From positions 118,918,001 to 118,982,000 of the forward strand of contig NC_045696.1 in NCBI RefSeq assembly GCF_009834535.1: a stretch of 64,000 nucleotides of DNA. Reading direction: 5' to 3'. Shown here piece after piece: positions 60,738 through 64,000 of the stretch (the first letter of the stretch is position 1; each line of letters begins with the position of its first letter). This DNA comes from Camelus ferus (Eukaryota). The notes beneath the pieces are model-generated. The model did no database searches. It saw nothing but the letters and a program-made list of their open reading frames with translations, and had not been told where the DNA came from. Both the position numbers and the translations under genes were made by a program.

Positions 60738-61528
60738 TGGCCATCATTCAAAAATCCACAAATGATAAATGCTGGAGAGGGTGTGGAGAAAGGGGAACGC
60801 TCCTTCACTGTTGGTAGGAATGTGGTTTGGTGCAGCCACTGTGGAAAACAGTATGGAGATTCCTTAAAAAACTGAAAATAGACTTACCATATGATCCAGC
60901 AATCCCACTCCTGGGCATATATCCAGAGGGAACTCTAATTCAAAAAGATAGATGTACTCCATTGTTCATAGCAGCACTATTTACAATAGCCAAGACGTGG
61001 AAACAACCTAAATGTCCATCAACAGATGACTGGATAAAGAAGATGTGGTATATTTATACAATGGAATACTACTCAGACATAAAAAGAATAAAATAATGCC
61101 ATTTGCTGCAACATGGATGGGCCTGGAGATTGTCATCCTAAGTGAAGAAAGCCAGAAAGAGAAAGAAAAATGCCCTATGATATCACTTATACGTGGAATC
61201 TTAAAAAAATAGACAAACTTATTTACAAAACAGAAACAGCCTCACAGACATAGAAAACAAACTTGTAATTACCAGTGGGGAAAGAAGGTGGGAAGGGATA
61301 AATTGGGAGTTCAGGATTTGTAGATAGTAATTACTATATATAAAATAGATAAATAACAAGATGCTACTGTACAGCACAGGGAACTGTATTCAGTATCTTG
61401 TAGTGACCTATAATGAAAAAGAACATGGAAACAAATGTATATATGTATATGTATGACTGAAACATTGTGCTGTACACCAGAAATTGACACAACATTGTAA
61501 ACTGATGATACTTCAATAAAAAAAAAAA
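60738..61528 (+). mobile_element. Young L1 3' portion
   Basis: ORF 60827-61096 [32 protein letters not shown]...WYIYTMEYYS; poly-A at the end. Confidence 0.95.
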
Positions 61529-62641
61529 TTACAAGAAGAACATGGAGCAGTCTTCTCAGGCATGTGTGTCGTGACTATTGTCAGCCACCCCGGGGACAGA
61601 GAAATCATGAGGATTCTAAGTGAGATGCAAAAAAGAAAGAAAAAGAAAAGAATGAAGGGTGTGGGTTTATGAATGGGGAAAGGAGGATTCTGGGGTTTGG
61701 GAAATTCAAGAAAGAATTAAATTCAGACATGAGAAATCTTAAAAAAAAAAAAAAAGAAGAAGTGGAAACATTCATAAAATGTCCCCATTCATTTCTGAGG
61801 GCAGTTTTAAAAATGAAAGAAAGAGTCAGTTATCTTTTTAAGTGAATGAAATTCATAATATAAATTATTTGCATATGGCTCCCCAGCTTCTGCTGTCCAG
61901 AAATTCCTTCTAAAAACCATGAAAGAAGGAAATTTCCATGGAAAGCTATTCAGAGCAACGTCTGCAGCTAAATGAGGGACTATGCCTTTGGCAGATAAAA
62001 CCAACTTGTTTTGAAATTGAAGACTATTTCCATTTTCAAGTATAGGAGAAGAGAAAATGAAAAATTTTATTAAGAAAGGGAAAGGGTTTCATTGTGGGCT
62101 AATTCACACTACCCTCCTGTGGATCCAAGTTTCAAAGGTGTGGGGGCTTATTTGAGTTTGTGGGGTGAAAAAGGAAAGAATGAATAAATGGGTGAAAAAT
62201 AAGATGAACAAAGAAAGAAAGAGGGGAGGAGGAGAGAAGCAAAGAAGGGAAGACTGTGGGTAGCACTGTCCGAATTCGGGACATCGGTAGTGCCGTGAGA
62301 ACTCCTCCAGGAGTGTCCCTTCTGAATCGTGATGGTGGCGGTGGCGGGGGGCACTTACTTTATCCTTTTTTTGTTCCTTTACCTCCTGGAGCTTCAGAAG
62401 CTGGTCAATATTTGCAAATATATCAGAATGATGATGATGATGATGACCGTGTAAGACACTTGCTGTTCTTCTCTCCCCTTCTTTTTACCAGAATTCCCTA
62501 AGAAAGTTAAGTGATGTGTCCTCCTCTCCTCCATTCACTACTGTGCCCACTCCAGTTCCTCTCCTCTCCTCTCCTCTCCTCCTGCCATGAAGCCTCTCCA
62601 GCTTCCCCGCTGCCACGCCACCAGACAGGATACCACCCAGT

Positions 62642-63247
62642 TGTTAGAGCAGGCAGACAGCTAGGAATGAGCAGAGGGGGGGGGGCTCGGGCCAAAGGGC
62701 AGGAAGTCACACATCTTGTGAACATCGGGGGTCCCTGGGCAGGCATGGAAAAGCAGGAAACTTTAGACTAGTAAGAAATAACACATTTGGGGTGACAAGC
62801 AGCCTGGAGGCAGATAAAGAAAGGTGGGGAAAGGCAGGAATCTCCAGTGTCCGAATGTAACCTTTTGCTCATTATGCCCTCATTTCAATAAAATTAGCCT
62901 TGCAGATGAGAAGTACCCATCATGCACCGAGGCCATGACACTTCCGATCCAGAATAAATAAGGACAGAGATCCCTCCTCCCCTCGGGAAGGTGGAGCTGG
63001 GATGATAATCAGGGAATACGACTCCCAAATCCTTCCCTCCCCAATGAATATTCCACCCACTCATTTTTACACCCGATGTAACCAGCTTGTCAAAGAAACT
63101 CAGGGCAGCCGCTCACCTGAGCCTGCCGGCTCGCCCCTGAGAGTGTCCTATCCATCCTTTAATAAATCCCCACTTTACTTCCTTGACCTCCGTGTCTTGT
63201 CTCTGAATTCTTTCTCTGACAAGACAAGGACCTACCCTCCGGTAACA
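62642..63247 (+). mobile_element. ERV1-type solo LTR (LTR-C)
   Basis: TGTTA...TAACA termini, 4-bp TSD CAGT (62638-62641 and 63248-63251), AATAAA 63161; 3' two-thirds shared with LTR-B. Confidence 0.9.
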
Positions 63248-63568
63248 CAGTGATCTCTACTTTGCTAAAACCCAACCAGTGGCCAAGTCTCAGCCCTCAA
63301 CTCTTTGACCCGTCAGCAGTAGGGACGTCCAGCTGGCCGTCTGGAATTCCACACTCACTGCGTGTCCTCCTCTCCTGCCTTGCTGGCTGCTCCCCACCAC
63401 CGGGCCTCCTTTGCTGATTCCTCCTCATCTCCCTGACTTCCAGCAGTGCCCCAGGGCTCCTTCCTTAGACTTTTCTTTTTGTATCAACATTTGTTTCCGT
63501 CTGGATGTTGACTCCCTCATCATTTGACTGATCCTCTCTAGAGAGTGCTAAAAATGAAGTATGCATGC

Positions 63569-64000
63569 TGTAGTAGACAGAACAATCCCCCCACGGAAGA
63601 CGTCACTGTCATAATCCTCAGGACCTATAAATATGTTACTGCTATGGACTGAGCTGTATCCCCCCCGCCCCCCGACACACACACCACACACAATTCATAT
63701 GCCAAAGCCCTAACCCCGCAGTGTGGCTGTATGTGGAGCTAAGGCCTATTAGGAGGTAACTGAGATAAATGAGATCATGGGATAGAGCCCTGATCCAACA
63801 GGATTAGTATCTTTTTAAGAGGAGACACCAGAGACCTTGCTTTCTCAGCCATGTGAGGATGCAGAGAGCAGGCAGGGAGCCAGAAAGAACTCTCACCAGG
63901 AACCAAGTCCGACAGCACCTTGCTCTCAGCCTTCCCAGCCTGTGAATAAGTCACTTTCTGCTGTTTTGGCCACCCAGCCTGTGGTGTTTTGTTGTCGCAG
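63569..64000 (+). mobile_element. MLT1D-like 5' end (63569-63639) interrupted by an MLT1A-type LTR (63640 to window end)
   Basis: TGTAGTAGACAGAACAATCCCCC...ATATGTTAC | TGCTATGGACTGA...AAGCCCTAACCCC...GGGATAGAGCCCTGATCCAACAGGATTAG. Confidence 0.75.

Overview
This is mammalian genomic DNA, most likely camelid (camel/alpaca/llama). The call rests on tRNA-derived Vic-1-like SINEs and a cetartiodactyl-type L1 3' UTR, with no Alu, BovB/Bov-tA or PRE-1 recognisable. I cannot support any protein-coding gene: the only ORFs with recognisable protein similarity are decayed L1 ORF2 C-termini, and the rest look like chance frames. A large part of the window is interspersed repeats: 11 young 5'-truncated L1 3' ends, older L1M/L2/L3/MIR, MaLR/ERVL LTRs, four ERV1-type LTRs and hAT/mariner relics. 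The most notable items are (1) a full-length U6 snRNA-L1 chimeric retrocopy at 11179-11705; (2) a tRNA-SINE-head/L1-tail fusion at 21621-22202; (3) an LTR with a periodic CCAAT/octamer array, LTR12-like in architecture, at 16144-16904; (4) an apparently mosaic LTR in a three-level nest at 48628-50491; (5) clustered L1 truncation points; (6) a plus-strand bias of young L1/LTRs, suggesting the window lies inside a minus-strand transcription unit. Repeat family names come from recalled consensus motifs and need RepeatMasker/Dfam confirmation. Boundaries of old repeats are approximate.
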